Origin: Lama glama
Taxonomy: Eukaryota
Length of the DNA stretch: 64,000 bases
Direction: 5' to 3'
NCBI GenBank assembly: GCA_028534125.1
Contig: CM052817.1
Span: 12,526,001-12,590,000, forward strand
The notes under the pieces were generated by a model. It worked only from the letters and a program-made list of their open reading frames with translations, did no database searches and was not told the DNA's origin. Both the position numbers and the translations under genes were made by a program. Shown here in pieces: positions 49,131 to 62,579 of this stretch. Every line of letters starts with the position of its first letter. The first letter of the stretch is position 1.

Positions 49131-51169
49131 GACCTGCTAAAAGCAGTTTTGATTTCCAAGTAAAACTGGTTTAAGCAGCTCTCTGAAGCTATAAGAACAG
49201 CATTCTCTAGCTTGGTTCTTCCAATCTTTGGTTGAACACTTACTTGAATTTCCTTTTTAAAAATACTTAGGAAATTTAAATCAATTTTTAATAATTGCTT
49301 CATCCTTGAGGTTCAAAGTCATTTTAACATTATATTCTGAATCTTTGAAGGGCAAGGCCTTCTTTCTTTTTCTTTTGTCCTATGATGCACTTCCTTCCTT
49401 CTTAAGTTATTTCTGTTCCTTTTCTCTGAAATTAACAAAGCTGAGCAATCACTAATTCATGCCAAACACTGTGTAATCATTCCATGCGCTATGTAATTAG
49501 GACATAAATTGTATTGATCACAGGTCTGTTGTGAAAGGAAAGGCACAAAATAATTCATGTAAGCCATGTAACATAGTGCCTGGTATGCAGAATATGTTCA
49601 AGTTATTACTAATTTTACTTCTATTACTATTCATGTGGTTTGATCTGCCCTCCAGATTCCTCTCTGAATTTTTTCTAAGCATTCATCTCTTAGACAGTTA
49701 CTTCATCTTCTATCACTTCACTTTCTTCTGCCCTTATCACATTGGAAGGAAGAGTAGACCTGGATGAAAATGCCCTCAGAAAAGAAGAAATGTACAAGGT
49801 GGTCTGACAGGGAGAGATGGCTTTTTGGCATCCAATGATTTTGAAAGGAAGTCATTTTAATTCCCTACAGGGCTTTGTGAAATGGGGTGGAGACATTTCG
49901 GTCATCACAATATCTAGGGTTACTGGTGTTTTTGCCCAGAAGACAGAAGTGCTTGATATCTTGCACTGAAAAGGGCATTTTGCCCCAAATGTCAAAATGT
50001 TCAAATGAAATCAATGCAATGAGCAACAAGTAAAGAATCACGAGGTTAACTAGAGGGGGATATGGAAAAACAGTAAAGAGTCATTAGCTCTATAGAAGCA
50101 TTTTGTATGACTCTGAAATAAAATTGTATAATATAATATAAAGATATAATTTTATGAGCCCAATTTGAAATTATGTGATGCTCTCCAAATCTTCAAAATT
50201 CATCAAGAATCATAAAGTTTCCAAAATTGCAATTCAAGTAAATAATGTACTGTAATTTAATATTGTCAGAAGGAAGTGTCACTTATATGTTAAAGAGAAA
50301 TGACAATAACAATGATTAGTATTACTTGGCCACACAGTTATTTACTTGTATTGGACCTTCTACAAATGCTTTGATGACTCAAGTTCTGCACTTACATTAT
50401 TCCCTGTTATTATGATGTAAAATCTTTTTTAAAATATCCTATAACAATTCCATGTAAAAATTAGTGATGATGCGGTAAAATGCAGTAAGAAATCAATAAC
50501 CTAGAAAAGAAGTTAAGCAAGATAAAAATGCCATAATGAAGCCCAAACAACCTCCATAATAAGCCATACATTTAATTTAAGAGTGAGTACTCTGAGAAGT
50601 ATCAGAAATAATTCCAAGGAAACAAAAAAGTATCATTAAGCAACTACACCTTTAATTTTCCAAAAATAGTCCATACAAATGGGCAAGCACAATGAGAAAA
50701 TGCTGGCTGCATGATCAATGCTACTGAAATGTGCTTCTAACCCGAGTTACCGTATGTTCTAAGCTGTAAAGTATTCCTGATGATTTTAAAGGAGACAGTG
50801 TATTTAAATAGAAATATTTTTGAAAACATTTCCTGTGCTTAGGAAGCATGTCCTTATGCAAACATATATTATGATGTTTGTAGATGTCTGTGCTTTAGAA
50901 GCCATTCCCCCTTATTTACATTTATTCAATGAGAAAAGTAGACTTAAATCTTCTCATTCTAGTATTGCTCTATGAATTTGAGTCAGTCACGCTTCTCTAG
51001 TTTACTACTGTAAAACTCTAAGCTATAAATCTCTAAGGTCTGTTTTCTCAAATACATAACCCCCCTAGAGTTGACTGGAGAGTAAATGAGATAATGTGGA
51101 TTAAGTACTTAGTACAGCACAGACTCTTAACCTTTGTCACTTATCATCACAGTAACACTAGAAGACACT

Positions 51170-51400
51170 ATTATAGCATTAACCACGGGCCAGCCTCTGT
51201 TCTTAATGGTTAGTAGACGTTAGATTAGTAGGACTCATACTGTCCTCAAAGTGCTTTTCCAGCTTAGATGGTATATCAGCACTCCCATTTTACCGAAGAG
51301 GACATTGAGAAACAGAAATGTTTATCAGTTCCCATGACTAGAAAGTGGCTAAGTTGGGATTTGAACCTAAGCAGCCCCATTCTAAACCCTGCATGATTCT
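51170..51400 (-). mobile_element. MIR SINE
   Basis: 'cccattttaccgaagaggacattgaga...gaaagtggctaagttgggatttgaacctaagcag'. Confidence 0.75.
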
Positions 51401-51826
51401 TAATTAGTGCCAGCCATTGACAAACACCAGCCCTTGATTTAGTTCCAAGATACTTAGAAACAGAACATCTCTTCAACTTAGATTTTCATTCATTATGTAT
51501 TCATTGTCCAACCAACATCCAAAATGAGACCAAATTAGATATTCAGTGCTGACACTGATGAGTGATTCTCAGCAAAGCAGTCACTGGCTTGAGTTTGGGA
51601 TGATTTCCTAGTCAGATTCATGCTCCAAAGATTATTCCTTTGGTTGCTAAAGGAAATTTGAAGGAACCAAAGACATAAGATGATGGAATAGGCTCTAACA
51701 AGAGGTACTCAAAAGGAGAAGGGTGTTCTTCTAACTGTGGAAGTGGTTGGGGGTGGGAGGAGGCTGCATTTGGCAGGGGCCAAGGACCACTATGATCCTA
51801 ACAAAACTTTAAGATAGCTAAAAATT

Positions 51827-52668
51827 CTCACACCAGTCAGAATGACCATCATTCAAAAGTCCACAAACAATAAACACTGGAGAGGCTGTGGAGAAAAGGG
51901 AGCCCTTCTACACTGCTGATGGGAATGCAGCTTGGTGCAGCTGTTATGGAAAACAGTGTGGAGAGTCCTCAAAAGACTAGAAACAGACTTACTATATGAT
52001 CCAGCAATCCCACTCCTGGGCATATATCCAGAGGGAACCTTAATTCAAAAATACACCTGCACCCCAATATTCATAGCAGCACTATTTACAGTAGCCAAGA
52101 CATGGAAACAGCCTAAATGTCCATCAACAGATGACTGGATAAAGAAGCTGTGGTATATTTATACAATGGAATACCACTCAGGTATAAAAAAGAATAAAAT
52201 AATGTCATTTGCAGCAAAATAGATGGACCTGGAGAATGTCATTCTAAGTGAAGTAAAGCAGAAAGAGAAAGAAAAATACCACATGATATCACTTACATGT
52301 GGAATCTAAAAAAAAAAAAAAAGACAAGCACACTTATTTACAAAACAGAAACAGACTCACAGACATAGAAAACAAACTAATGATTGCCAAGTAGGGAAGG
52401 GGGTGGGAAGGGATAAATTAGGAGTTTGAGATTTGCAGATACAAATATATATATGTTTATGTGTGTTTGTGTGTGTGTATAAATATAAAATAAATAAACA
52501 ATAAGTTTAGCACAGGGAATTATATTCAATATCTTGTAGTAACTTATGGTGAAAAAGAATATGAAAACAAATATATCTATGTTTTTATATGACCGAAGAA
52601 TTGTGCTGTACACCAGAAATTGACACAAAACTGTAAACTGACTATACTTCAATAAATACATTAAAAAA
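51827..52668 (+). mobile_element. Young 5'-truncated L1 (ORF2 C-terminal domain, 3' UTR, A-tail)
   Basis: ORF 51932-52222 (QLLWKTVW...[12 protein letters not shown]...WKQPKCPSTDDWIKKLWYIYTMEY); TSD AAGATAGCTAAAAAT / AAGATGGGTAAAAAT at a TT|AAGA site. Confidence 0.95.
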
Positions 52669-53099
52669 AAGATGGGTAAAAATCAAGGCATAAGTGATAT
52701 AAGCTTGAAAATTGCCTGGCATTTTACTGGAGAGCCTTCTTCTATAGTCAGAGAATACTGAAGCGTACAGCAGTTAGCCCAGAGCCAAATGCACGTGACC
52801 ACCCCATGATGTCACGAATGGCAAGGTTATTGTTTCTACCTGGGGTAGAGCTGACCAGAAAAATGAAGTACTTTAACCCCTTTGCTCTTTAAATAGTGTT
52901 TGGGGGTTTAGACTCAGAATGAACTCACTAAACCACCTGTGTTTTTCTTTTACTTATACAGAAATGCTCTTTCCAAACTCTAATTAAAATCTGCTGTTTA
53001 TACCAGCCTTTAATGCGGTGGGTACTGCCATGGAGCATGTGATCCTTTAATGTCTTGGTGAGCCACTGCTGCTGTTCAGAGAAAGGAGGAGATAGAAAG

Positions 53100-53155
53100 C
53101 AATAAAGAAATAAATGAATAGGTAAACAAACAAATAAACAAATAAATAAATAAAG
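53100..53155. repeat. (AAAC)n(AAAT)n repeat
   Basis: Directly visible. Confidence 0.85.
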
Positions 53156-53965
53156 TTAATCTGTTTCTGCCTGGTGGTAAATATTTGAAATCATAAAACT
53201 TGTATTTTGAGAAGCCATTAAGTATAGGATACATTGGCGTGAGTCTGGCCTCATTCAGACTTGGAGTTGTTGCGAGCATCATGCATTGTGGAAGGCAGAT
53301 GCTTCTTTTTTCCTAAAACCTATTTGTATCCCCCTTTCCTCCCATCACAATGTTATAAAAATTCTTGGAATCTTTATTTCTAATTAGCTTTGTGACCATA
53401 CAATGCGGAAGTCAGGGCAACATCCCTGAGAATGACCTGAGTTTTAGTGAGACGGACTGATGTGGAGGAGGGATACAGCTCCTGACATCTAAAGAGCAAC
53501 AGTCTCAGCTCCTGATCTCCGCCAGCCATGCACATTCAGAAGGCTCACCGCACAGTCAAAGAGAGAAACGTGAGTTGAAATTTTGGTTTGGGTCCATTTC
53601 TTGCTAGCTTTGGGACTCAGAAAGTTTAACTTCCCTGTGGTTATGAAACTACCTAGAAATGCTAGAGGGTACAGTGATACAACATGGATAGAGCTGTTAG
53701 TGATTCTAATAAATAGTGTCCTTTACAGTTTAGCTCAACTCTGCCTTCTCTGTGAAGTCCTTACCAAGGACCCTGACCCCTATGGCCTTTTCTTCCTCCA
53801 CTTCCACTTTCTGAATTGTTTATATCGTGTCATTATTAAGACAGCAAACCCACTGCTATGGTCTAAGAGTTTCTGCTAAGGAGAGTGGCATTGTTGTTTT
53901 AATTTCTGCGAAGTGAAAAAGACAATATACTCCCCCACCCCAAAAAAGAGATTAAACTTACAATT

Positions 53966-54188
53966 TAGGGGTTAGCCAACGGGAGCTCTTGGGCCAAATC
54001 CTGCTGCTGCCTATTTCTGTAAATAAAGTTTTATTAAGAAACAGCCAAGCTCATTCATTCGTATATCATCGATGGCTGCTTTAGTGCTACAGCAGCAGAG
54101 TTGAATAGTTACAACAAAGACCATATGACCCACAAAGCCTAAAATAGTTACTATCAGCCCCTTTGCAGTAAAGTTTGCTAACTCCTTG
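53966..54188 (+). mobile_element. MER58A-like hAT-Charlie MITE
   Basis: 'gggccaaatcc...tgtaaataaagttttatt...cccacaaagcctaaaata...aagtttgctaactcc'. Confidence 0.88.
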
Positions 54189-54659
54189 GGGTAAGCTGTT
54201 CTACTTAGCATTCTACTCAATGAGTGTATGTTCCAGAGCATGTCCAATAAATTATGTGAATTTGTAGTTGTTTGTTTCAGTTCTATTCTATGGCTCTAAC
54301 TAGGGTTCTATTGTTCAAGGGAAAGCAAAGGTTTTTCCTACAGCCTGACCATTAAACACAAGGCAGCTCCTTCATTTGGAGTCAGAAGAAAAACCAGCAA
54401 TCTGTTCACAGCCAAGGAAGAAAATTGATGGTTGAATATATTGATAGATGGTTTGTTGGTCTACAGTGAGTCTTTTCTCTAAGGAAGTGTAATGATAATC
54501 TCAGCACTAAAGGGATTTCTACCTTAGGCATTGGTGTTGGAACCTGACCCAAACCTCCTACCACCAACTTAAACTGTGACTTAACTGTATAATTTTGCAT
54601 AGACCACTTCAGCTTTGTCTTTAGATGTTTTGCAGAATTTTGAATTTTGTGGTTACTGG

Positions 54660-54720
54660 ATTTTTTTGGTTTTGTTTTGTTGGGTTTGTTTTGTTTTTTG
54701 TTTGTTTGTTTTGTTTTTTA
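54660..54720. repeat. (GTTT/GTTTT)n repeat
   Basis: Directly visible. Confidence 0.85.
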
Positions 54721-54849
54721 AGTTCTGTCTTGTCATCCAACCACTATCCTAAATGCTTCTGGTCAAAACAGACTACCTGTTCTAGTTAAGTCACTCAACT
54801 CAGTTCCTACAAGCAAGCTGGCTCTCATGTGTGTCTCTGGGCCTCTGTT

Positions 54850-55790
54850 TTGCTTCTCTGCTGGGTATCTCCCAAGATCTGTCCCACCTTTCTTTCATGG
54901 AAGTAGTGATTTTTATCAAGGCACATGCCTGGCTAGCCTCGTTTCTGATAGTGTGACTGGGTTTGCCCAAAGTACTGTGAGGGGAAGTGATGTATGCAAC
55001 TTCTGGGTCATGACCTTCTAGGGAGAAGACTCATTTGTCCTTTTGCACCTGCACATCTTGCTCTCTTCTGCTGCCTGGCCTGTGAATGTACTATGAAATA
55101 TCTTGGACAATAAAGAAATACTCTAAAGTGTTAGGTAGTTAGATAGGTGGGGGCACCAGGTGGAGGAGAGAGAGGAAGATCTGGAAGATGGCATTAACTC
55201 CTTTAACTTCTCTAAATGAGTGCCAGCAAGAAACCAGTTAGAGTGCAACAGCTACAACTGCGTGGTAGAGAGAAGGACCTAACCAGACATGATCCAATGC
55301 TCGTTGTAATATAATTAGCACTGCAGCTTAGCCCCACCCTATGGGTTTTTCCTGTGTGCATCATGGGTAAGGACATGCATTAAAAGGAAAAACATGACTA
55401 GGCATTCTGGGGCAAGAGCTGTCACTCAACTCTAAGCAAGCATGTAAGAGGAGGGACAGAGACCACCGCTTTTCCTCCGTGGACCAGCCCATTCTTCCCA
55501 TACTTTCTCTTTGCTAATAAATCCTTTAAAATCTTTCACTACACAACACTCCATCTCTTATCTGAATTCTTATCTTTTGGGTATGATAAGAACTGGGTTC
55601 TTTTCCCTTCCCTTTTTGGAGTAATGTGAGGGTACTGGAAAAGTGAAATAGAGAGACTCCGGGCTCCTGACGTCAGGGAGCCCCCGAACTAGATGTAACT
55701 ATTATACATAGGAAGAAAAAGCCTTGATCCTTTAGCAGCCACTATATTTTGGGTCTCTCTTTTATGCAGTAATTCCTATTTCCTAAGGAA
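54850..55790 (+). mobile_element. Old MLT1J-like LTR split by an ERV1-like LTR
   Basis: 'gaggggaagtgatgtatgcaacttctggg' and 'gccactatattttgggtctct' on either side of the insert. Confidence 0.55.
55129..55626 (+). mobile_element. ERV1-like solo LTR (MER83/LTR29-like start)
   Basis: Begins TGTTAGGTAGTTAGATAG; AATAAA at ~55516; U5-like 'tgaattctt...aagaact'. Confidence 0.65.
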
Positions 55791-55989
55791 AACCCAGTTG
55801 CTGCCCTTATAGAGTGTACCATCAAGTATCTGAAGGAAATGTTTATCTATGCATTATACCAATGAATATTATAATTTAAATTTGAATTTATGCAGAAATC
55901 TTTCTCTTAGAAAGAATCTGATCCGTATAGAGTGAGAGGAAAGTATGAAATCCTCTTCTGAAACGGTGAGCTGGAAAGTTTTAGAATTT

Positions 55990-56385
55990 TATACGCATTC
56001 CTTGAGGACTTTGCACTGGCTGTTTCCTCTGCCTCGTAAGCCCTCCCAGTATCCACTGCACATGCGCTATAGCACAGGCGATGCCCTCTTCCTTCCTGCG
56101 AGTCTCTGCCTGAATATCACCCGACTGGGGAGGGCTCCCTAATGTTGTTCCATAAAAGCATTTACAGCAGAGTTAACTACCTTAAATACCCTATACCTAT
56201 GTCTTTACTTAGCACCTGCCCCTTCTCACTCCCACACTACAAAACAAAAACACAAAGACAAAAACAAAACTACTTCCGACAGTGTATTCTGCATCGGCTT
56301 TTATTAACTGTTTGTTCTCTGGTGTAAAGAAAAATGCCTGGCAGAAAGCAGACCCTTGATGAAGGTTTGCTGAATGACTGAAGGA
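55990..56385 (+). mobile_element. L2 3' region
   Basis: 'aggactttgcactggctgtttcctctgcct', 'aatgcctggcaga...tttgctgaatgactgaa'. Confidence 0.7.
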
Positions 56386-56734
56386 ACCAATGAATCCATG
56401 TCAAGAAGACCAGAAGCGCTGCAGCACAGACAGTAAGGAGGAGGTAAGTGAGCTGAGCCCGGAGAGGCGGTCCCGCCAGCGCGTGAAGGGCTGTGTGCAT
56501 CGCGTGCAGTGTTCTGTCTTTCTCCCAAGAGCAGAGGAAGACAGTGAAAGGCTTTTAAGGAACAAGAGTGTCCCATGATCAGATGGGAGAAGTTGAAGAG
56601 ATCATTCTCCCTGCACTATAAGAAATAAGTTAGAAAGAGGTGTGAGTTTAAGGGGAAAGTTCAGTAGATGACTGTGGTCATTTAGGGGCGGCATTGTGGG
56701 TGACATAGCAAAACTAGGCTTTGGAAATAGTGCT

Positions 56735-57272
56735 GGTGATTGTCCAGGCTGCTCTAACTTCCATTCCTCACCTTTTCTCTGCTCTGCTCTGCACTGCAAC
56801 TGACCTGTGTGCATAGGATCTTTGTCCCAGGACCTGTTGCTGAACTGACTTCCTGGCTGGATTTGTCAGTAGGAAGCACTGGCAGGAGACTTGTTGTTGA
56901 AAGAGAGGGAGAAACAAGGTATTTCTCCCATGTCTCCTGCTGACAGTTTTTAATGCAGTGGTTGTATTTCCTTGGTCCTTCCAAGTTTTACTGCCCTTGT
57001 CTCCTCTTTCCATGTTCACAGTTTTCATGCGGCAATCGTCCACCACGGATCCAGCTCTCACATTATGTCGAAGTTCCCAGTGATACCATGTTTTCCAGTC
57101 CCTCCCATCCTAGGGGTGGGAGCTGCTCCCTGTAATTGTTAACCTCCGTGTGGCCTCTCAGTTCCCCGTTCATTCATCCACCATCACCTGACCAGTCACT
57201 CTTATTAGATCACCTATTTTGGGAAACACTCAGTGCTTTTTCTGTTTTGCTGACTGAACACTGACAGATACA
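56735..57272 (+). mobile_element. LTR33-like ERVL LTR
   Basis: 'cttcctggctggatttgtcagtaggaagcactggcaggagact...gagagggagaaacaaggtatttctccc'; ends 'ctgacagataca'. Confidence 0.65.
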
Positions 57273-57699
57273 GTTCTATATGTTCTGCCACATCGATACA
57301 TATGTCAGAAAACTTCATTATAGAAATGGCTGTGCCGTATTTTTCATGTAGCACAATTTACCCCAGAAAGATAATACTACTTTGAAAATGATGACTAGCA
57401 TTACAAGCTTCTTGGAAGCAAGGTTTACATTCTTTTATCTTCTTGTTTTCCACGTGCCCGCTCCAAGTTTGCGTTGCTTAAAGCCCAGAGCCATGTCAGA
57501 GTGACGATGACATTGTGCATTTGGATGCTTGGAAGTAAAGATTCAGTTGTTGACTTTCTTTCGCTGATCTCTCTCTGGGTAAAATGGACATTGTCTTGTG
57601 ATGTTTTTTGTCTCTTTTCCATTAAAAAGATAGACCTTATTACATCATATTTCTGCTGTAAATGAGCTTAATAGCAGCTATCAGACTATATCAATGGTG

Positions 57700-58400
57700 T
57701 GGCCCAGCTGCTCTTGTTTTTATTGCACCATTCCAGTGCCTCGGGGTAATTACCTTTGAGACCTCAAATGCATTCTCCTATGTAAAACCCATTCTTGCCA
57801 GTTCGGCATTCTGAGGCATATATTCTCAGTGTTTGTTTGCTTTTCTCCTATTTATTCATCCACAATAATCATTTCGTAATCAGCTTTAAATGTTCTAATA
57901 TAATCCTCAAGGAGCACATCCAAGGGCACACAAAATGAACTTCGTGTCTTTCAGAGCTGGAGAGGAATTTAGCACTTTGGCAGGAGTTTGGGGCTGTGTG
58001 GGAGCCATGAGTGATGATTCTAGCTGCTGCCTTTGCATGCATTAACTGCTGGTCGCCTCTGAATAATTGGCTAAGAATATTGGTTAACACGTCAAGTGAA
58101 AATGTATGTGGCGGTGCCTGTCTCCATCGTCCCAGGAGAACATCTGTCCACTTCCCAAATCCACTAAACAATTTGGCTCTCGTTGGCGTGACTGGCAGCC
58201 TGTCCCAGAGAGGCCCTTTGCTACAAGGCAGGGGTGGGGGAAGTTTGAGCCCGAGTTGTGTTGGCAGGTTTTGTTGAAGCACTTTGGAGAGTAATTTTAT
58301 AATATTTGCCCGCTGGTGATATTAGCCCTTTATTTTTGTGAAAGTCAGAAGGGAAAAAAATATATCACAACTCTTTCCGTGCATTGAAATTACTTTGGGA
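57700..58400. promoter_or_regulatory. Candidate conserved non-coding element / enhancer
   Basis: Apparently repeat-free, CpG-retaining, many homeodomain and NFI-type motifs; inference only. Confidence 0.3.
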
Positions 58401-59699
58401 AAGAGCTTTTTGGTTCTATTCAGGTTATTTCTTAAATGTATATTGAATCCCTCCAACCTGGAGGGAAGACCCATGCTTTAGAGGAATTTAGTTTTGCAAG
58501 GGGACTATAACGTTAAAAAAAAAAAAAGATACATGCTCTTATAGTAATGCACACTGACTCTCCTGAGGGACGAGTTCATTGTGTCCATGTGGAGAAAAGG
58601 GAAGCAGTAGACAAATCCAACTAATTAAAAAATATCATAGCATGATTTGATTACAAGGAAATAGAATGAAGGACAAAGCATATGACCTGATTTGAAACTA
58701 TGAATCGATGGTAAATCCAGAATTTGCAGCCCACAGGGCCCATGTTGTTTTGTTTTGTTTGTGTTGTTTTCTTTTGTTTGTATTGTTTTGATTTGTATAT
58801 ATCAAGCTTTAATTAGAGTGTCATCTTAATAATCACAAGGCTATTGGTTTCTCTTTGAGAAACACTTACCACAGATTCTCTTCCCTGCTGGAGGCAGCAT
58901 GTGAAACACTTCATCTCTGGGATCACCCACCTGTGTTTTCTACTAACATTCAGAGCTTCTTCCGTAACATATACGTTCCTGTCCATTTGTCCCCTTCATT
59001 AATTATCTGTTCTGAACACTGAAGTCACTGTGTATCTTAGGTTCTCTGAAGGAGCGAGGAAGGCATAGATTACCAACTTGGCTTTTTCATCATTTTTGCC
59101 TGAAATTTTAGAGCCTTCAGCCCAAATTTCATTTGCTTTCCAGACGTGGTTCTCTGATCCCCAAAACTTTCAAAGGTGACTTGGTCTATCTAGCACAAGA
59201 CTTAAGTTTCTGTTGGTGATATGAATCACCTATGGAGGCTTCTTCCAACTGCTTAAGGCATTAGCCTTTCTCTTCATGGGGATAAGTTTCAGGTCTCAGT
59301 GTAGATAGGTAGTGGGTCAACTGCCACCCCAAAATGATAGACTAGAAAGTCAGACAGTCCTTGTGGACTGCGACTCCAATTAATTTAAAAGCCTTCATGT
59401 ACACCCCTTTCTCTCATTTAAAGAAAGAATTTGATAAAGATTCTGAATGAACTTAATGGCACACAAACTTGAAACTGGATATAGTGAAAAATGTGTTAGA
59501 GGCTCCTAAGATTGGTATGTACATGCATTAATTTATAAATGCAATCAGTCGCCCCATTTTAATATTTGTGTCTCTTTTATTGGTGTCATCATACAGTGGA
59601 GTTCACTATACAGATTTAGCACAAATGGCATCATCATTCCTACCACCTTATCAAGGTCCTGTTCCATATTTTCCCCTTAAATTATTGCAAATGTATTCT

Positions 59700-60720
59700 T
59701 CCCCCGTTCTCTCTGCATCTGTATACTTCCCCACTGGTGGGCTCCCTGCAAAATGGATTCAAGCCCTACCATTTCCCAGAATGACTGCTTCATAGTGACA
59801 AAACTTTGCTGCAATCTTAGACATTCTCATGGTTCTTGACCTTTCTCTAGCGTTCATCACTTGTATCATTCCTTTCCTTTGTAAAGTCATTTCTCCCTGA
59901 ATCCTCATTTTTGGGTTCCCATCCTACATGTATTTCCCTAGATTCTATCTGAACCCTCCTAATCGTCCCTTAAACTTTCTCCCTCTAGAATCTCATTCTC
60001 ATGTGTTCTTTGACACCATCAACATTGACAACTTCATTTTAGTTGCTCTGCCAAGCAACTATCCCCCATTTGTAGCTGACTGTCATTCATTTCCTCCTGA
60101 AACTCCTGCTGGCATCTTTAACTCAACATTTCACAAAATGAATTCATAGCTCTTCTGCCTGTCCTGTGCTACTTTGAATATCTTGATCTTTCTGTCACAA
60201 AAGGGCTGAACCCTGGGAGCTCCTGTTCTCTTAGTCCCACCAGGGCACCAGGAATGAAGTCCTGCTGGTGTTACCATGTCTGTGGAGTACATGTCATCCC
60301 TTCCATCCCCTAAACCTCAGTCCAGGATCAGTCACTTATTACCTCTCTCATGGATTACCCCAACAGCTTTCTAACAGCCCTCCTTATCTACAGACTTCAT
60401 TCACCTAACCTTCTTAGCTAACACTGACAAAAAAAAAAAAAAAAAACACTGACAGATTAATGAAGGGAAGCTCAAAATGTTAAAATGATTTCCCATCACT
60501 CTCTAAATTTTCTTCTAATTTCTGGCCACAGAGAATTTTTCTCATTCATATGCTCTGCATTCGTGCGGAATTTGTTTACTCGCTAAACCACAAAAATGCA
60601 CTTTGTCCAGGGCCTGCCTTACTCATGCTGTTCCCCTCCTCTCAGTAAGCCACACCCCCTACCCTGCCTGTCAAACACGACCCATCCTTCAAGGACTAGC
60701 TCATATGTCACCTCCTTTAT
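59700..60720 (+). mobile_element. L2 LINE, decayed
   Basis: 'ttcttgacctttctctagcgttc', 'ggcatctttaactcaacattt', 'gggcctgccttactcatgctgttccc'. Confidence 0.65.
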
Positions 60721-60721
60721 G

Positions 60722-61058
60722 ACAAACTTTATTTAGTAACTGTTACAGCAGGGGAAAAGAGATTTTAGTATAGAACCCAACTCAACTCCAAATGTAATAA
60801 GAACAAGTTGGGATTTATAGCTAAGGGGCAGGATGAGAAAATTACTAAGCAAAGTTATCAAGGGTAGGGGAATTCTCGCCATACCAATTTAATAGGGATT
60901 TTACTGAAGGCAGGTCAGGGTGATCAGATATCAAGGGTGAGGGATTCTTGCTAAACTGACTTAGGATTCTTGATATAACTGGACTCATCAGGCTGAAGAC
61001 AGGGTGCAAGGATGAGCCTAGACAAAAAGAGGACTCAGAGGAGCTTGTCCAAAGTTTG
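60722..61058 (-). mobile_element. MER31-like ERV1 LTR
   Basis: 'gggattcttgctaaactgacttaggattcttg...gaggactcagaggagcttgtccaaagtttggtcaagg'. Confidence 0.8.
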
Positions 61059-61242
61059 GTCAAGGGGACAGTCTGTGCTGGTAGCCCTATGCTTTCTAGA
61101 CTTCAAAAAGGAGACAACAGTGCCACTTGGTCTATCCATAGAGGTAATAGCATCTTATTAGAGGATGAGACTATTAAATGCTAGATCATAATTTTAATGG
61201 AGAACAATAGAAGAAGCAGTATCTTTAGAAACATTCCACCTG

Positions 61243-61755
61243 ATATTAATTTTCTCTTGCTGCTGCAACAATTATTTCAAATTTAGTGACATAAAACAAC
61301 AGCAGATGTATAATCTCAAAGTTTTGTAGGTCAAAAGACTGACACAGGTCTCATAGGACCAAACTAAAGGTGTCATCAAGGCAAGATGTTTTTCTGGAGG
61401 CTCTAGAGACAAGTCAGTTTCCCAACCTGTTCTACTTTTAGAGAAGGCCCACCTTCCATGGCTCATGCCCCCTCTCCTCCATCCTTAAAACCAGCAAGAG
61501 TAGGTTGAGTTTTCTCCCATAGCATCACCCAACTTTGTGTCCAGCACCTTATCTCTCTCTCTGATTCTTCTCTTCTGGCTCCCTCTTCCACTTTTAAGGA
61601 CTCTGTGATTATATTGGAAACACTGAGCCAATCCAAGATAATTGCCCCTTGGCTGTTAGTGACCTTAATTCCTCTTTGCCATAGAACATAACATACTCAC
61701 AGGTTCCCAGAATTAGGACTTGGGCATCTTCAGGGGCCATTATTCTGCCTACCCT
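61243..61755 (-). mobile_element. MLT1D-like solo LTR
   Basis: 'ttgctgctgcaac...aatttagtgacataaaacaaca...ttctggaggctctag...ggggccattattctgcctacc'. Confidence 0.88.
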
Positions 61756-62579
61756 TTAACAATTTGTGCAGACTCTAATATAGCAAGTATGCCAAACAGT
61801 ATAAAATAATTAAATTTTTGAAATTATTTTAAATAAAAGAGATTTGCATGTTCCTCAGAATAGAATTTCAAATCTCATTTAATATATATTCTCATATATA
61901 TTCACAAAGTGCGAAAATAAATAAAAGATAAACCCTTTCTTACAGCTGATAATCTCATGCAAAAAATTTCAGGAGACAAGGGTTCTCATTTTAAAAATAA
62001 AAATATAAAATTTATTATCCTATTTATGAATGCTCAGCATTCATGTTTTGTATGTTTTGTTCCTTGCATTAGACTGACTTGCTTTGATTATATTTAACTA
62101 GCATAATCTTTTTGTTTCTCTGCCTCAACCCTAGAGCCAGTTTAAGACACCCCGTAACTGGTACTTTCCAACCATGAGGAAAGGTGCCCTTGGCAATTTC
62201 CTTGCACTCCTTTCCCACCTGAAGGACCCTTCCTCAAACTAATCTCAAACTGCCTGGGCTCAGACTCCTGGGATTGTGTCTTGTTTTATAGACAAGAAAG
62301 TTCTTCCTACAAGTACCTCTCCCTTGGCATCCTTACTGGAGATACTCAACACTTCATAGTGTCTGCTGCCCCATATTTGATGGAGGATGACTGTGGCTAC
62401 TGTAGATTAAATAAAGTAACTCATAAAAAACGCTTAGGGCAGAGCATGTCACACAGTAAACGTGCCATTCAATGTCTCGGTTTAACATTCTTTTCTTCTG
62501 CCTCGTTGAACTCTGGGCACACAAGTTATCTCTGGCATTTGACTCTCAGCTCCCTCTGATTAGCTTTATTTTGGATGCA

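Noticed and set aside
51932..52222. 96-aa ORF as a host gene
   Set aside because: L1 ORF2 C-terminal relic in a truncated insertion.
57869..58282. 137-aa minus ORF
   Set aside because: No recognisable domain or splice context; overlapping ORFs on both strands are consistent with GC-richer non-coding DNA.
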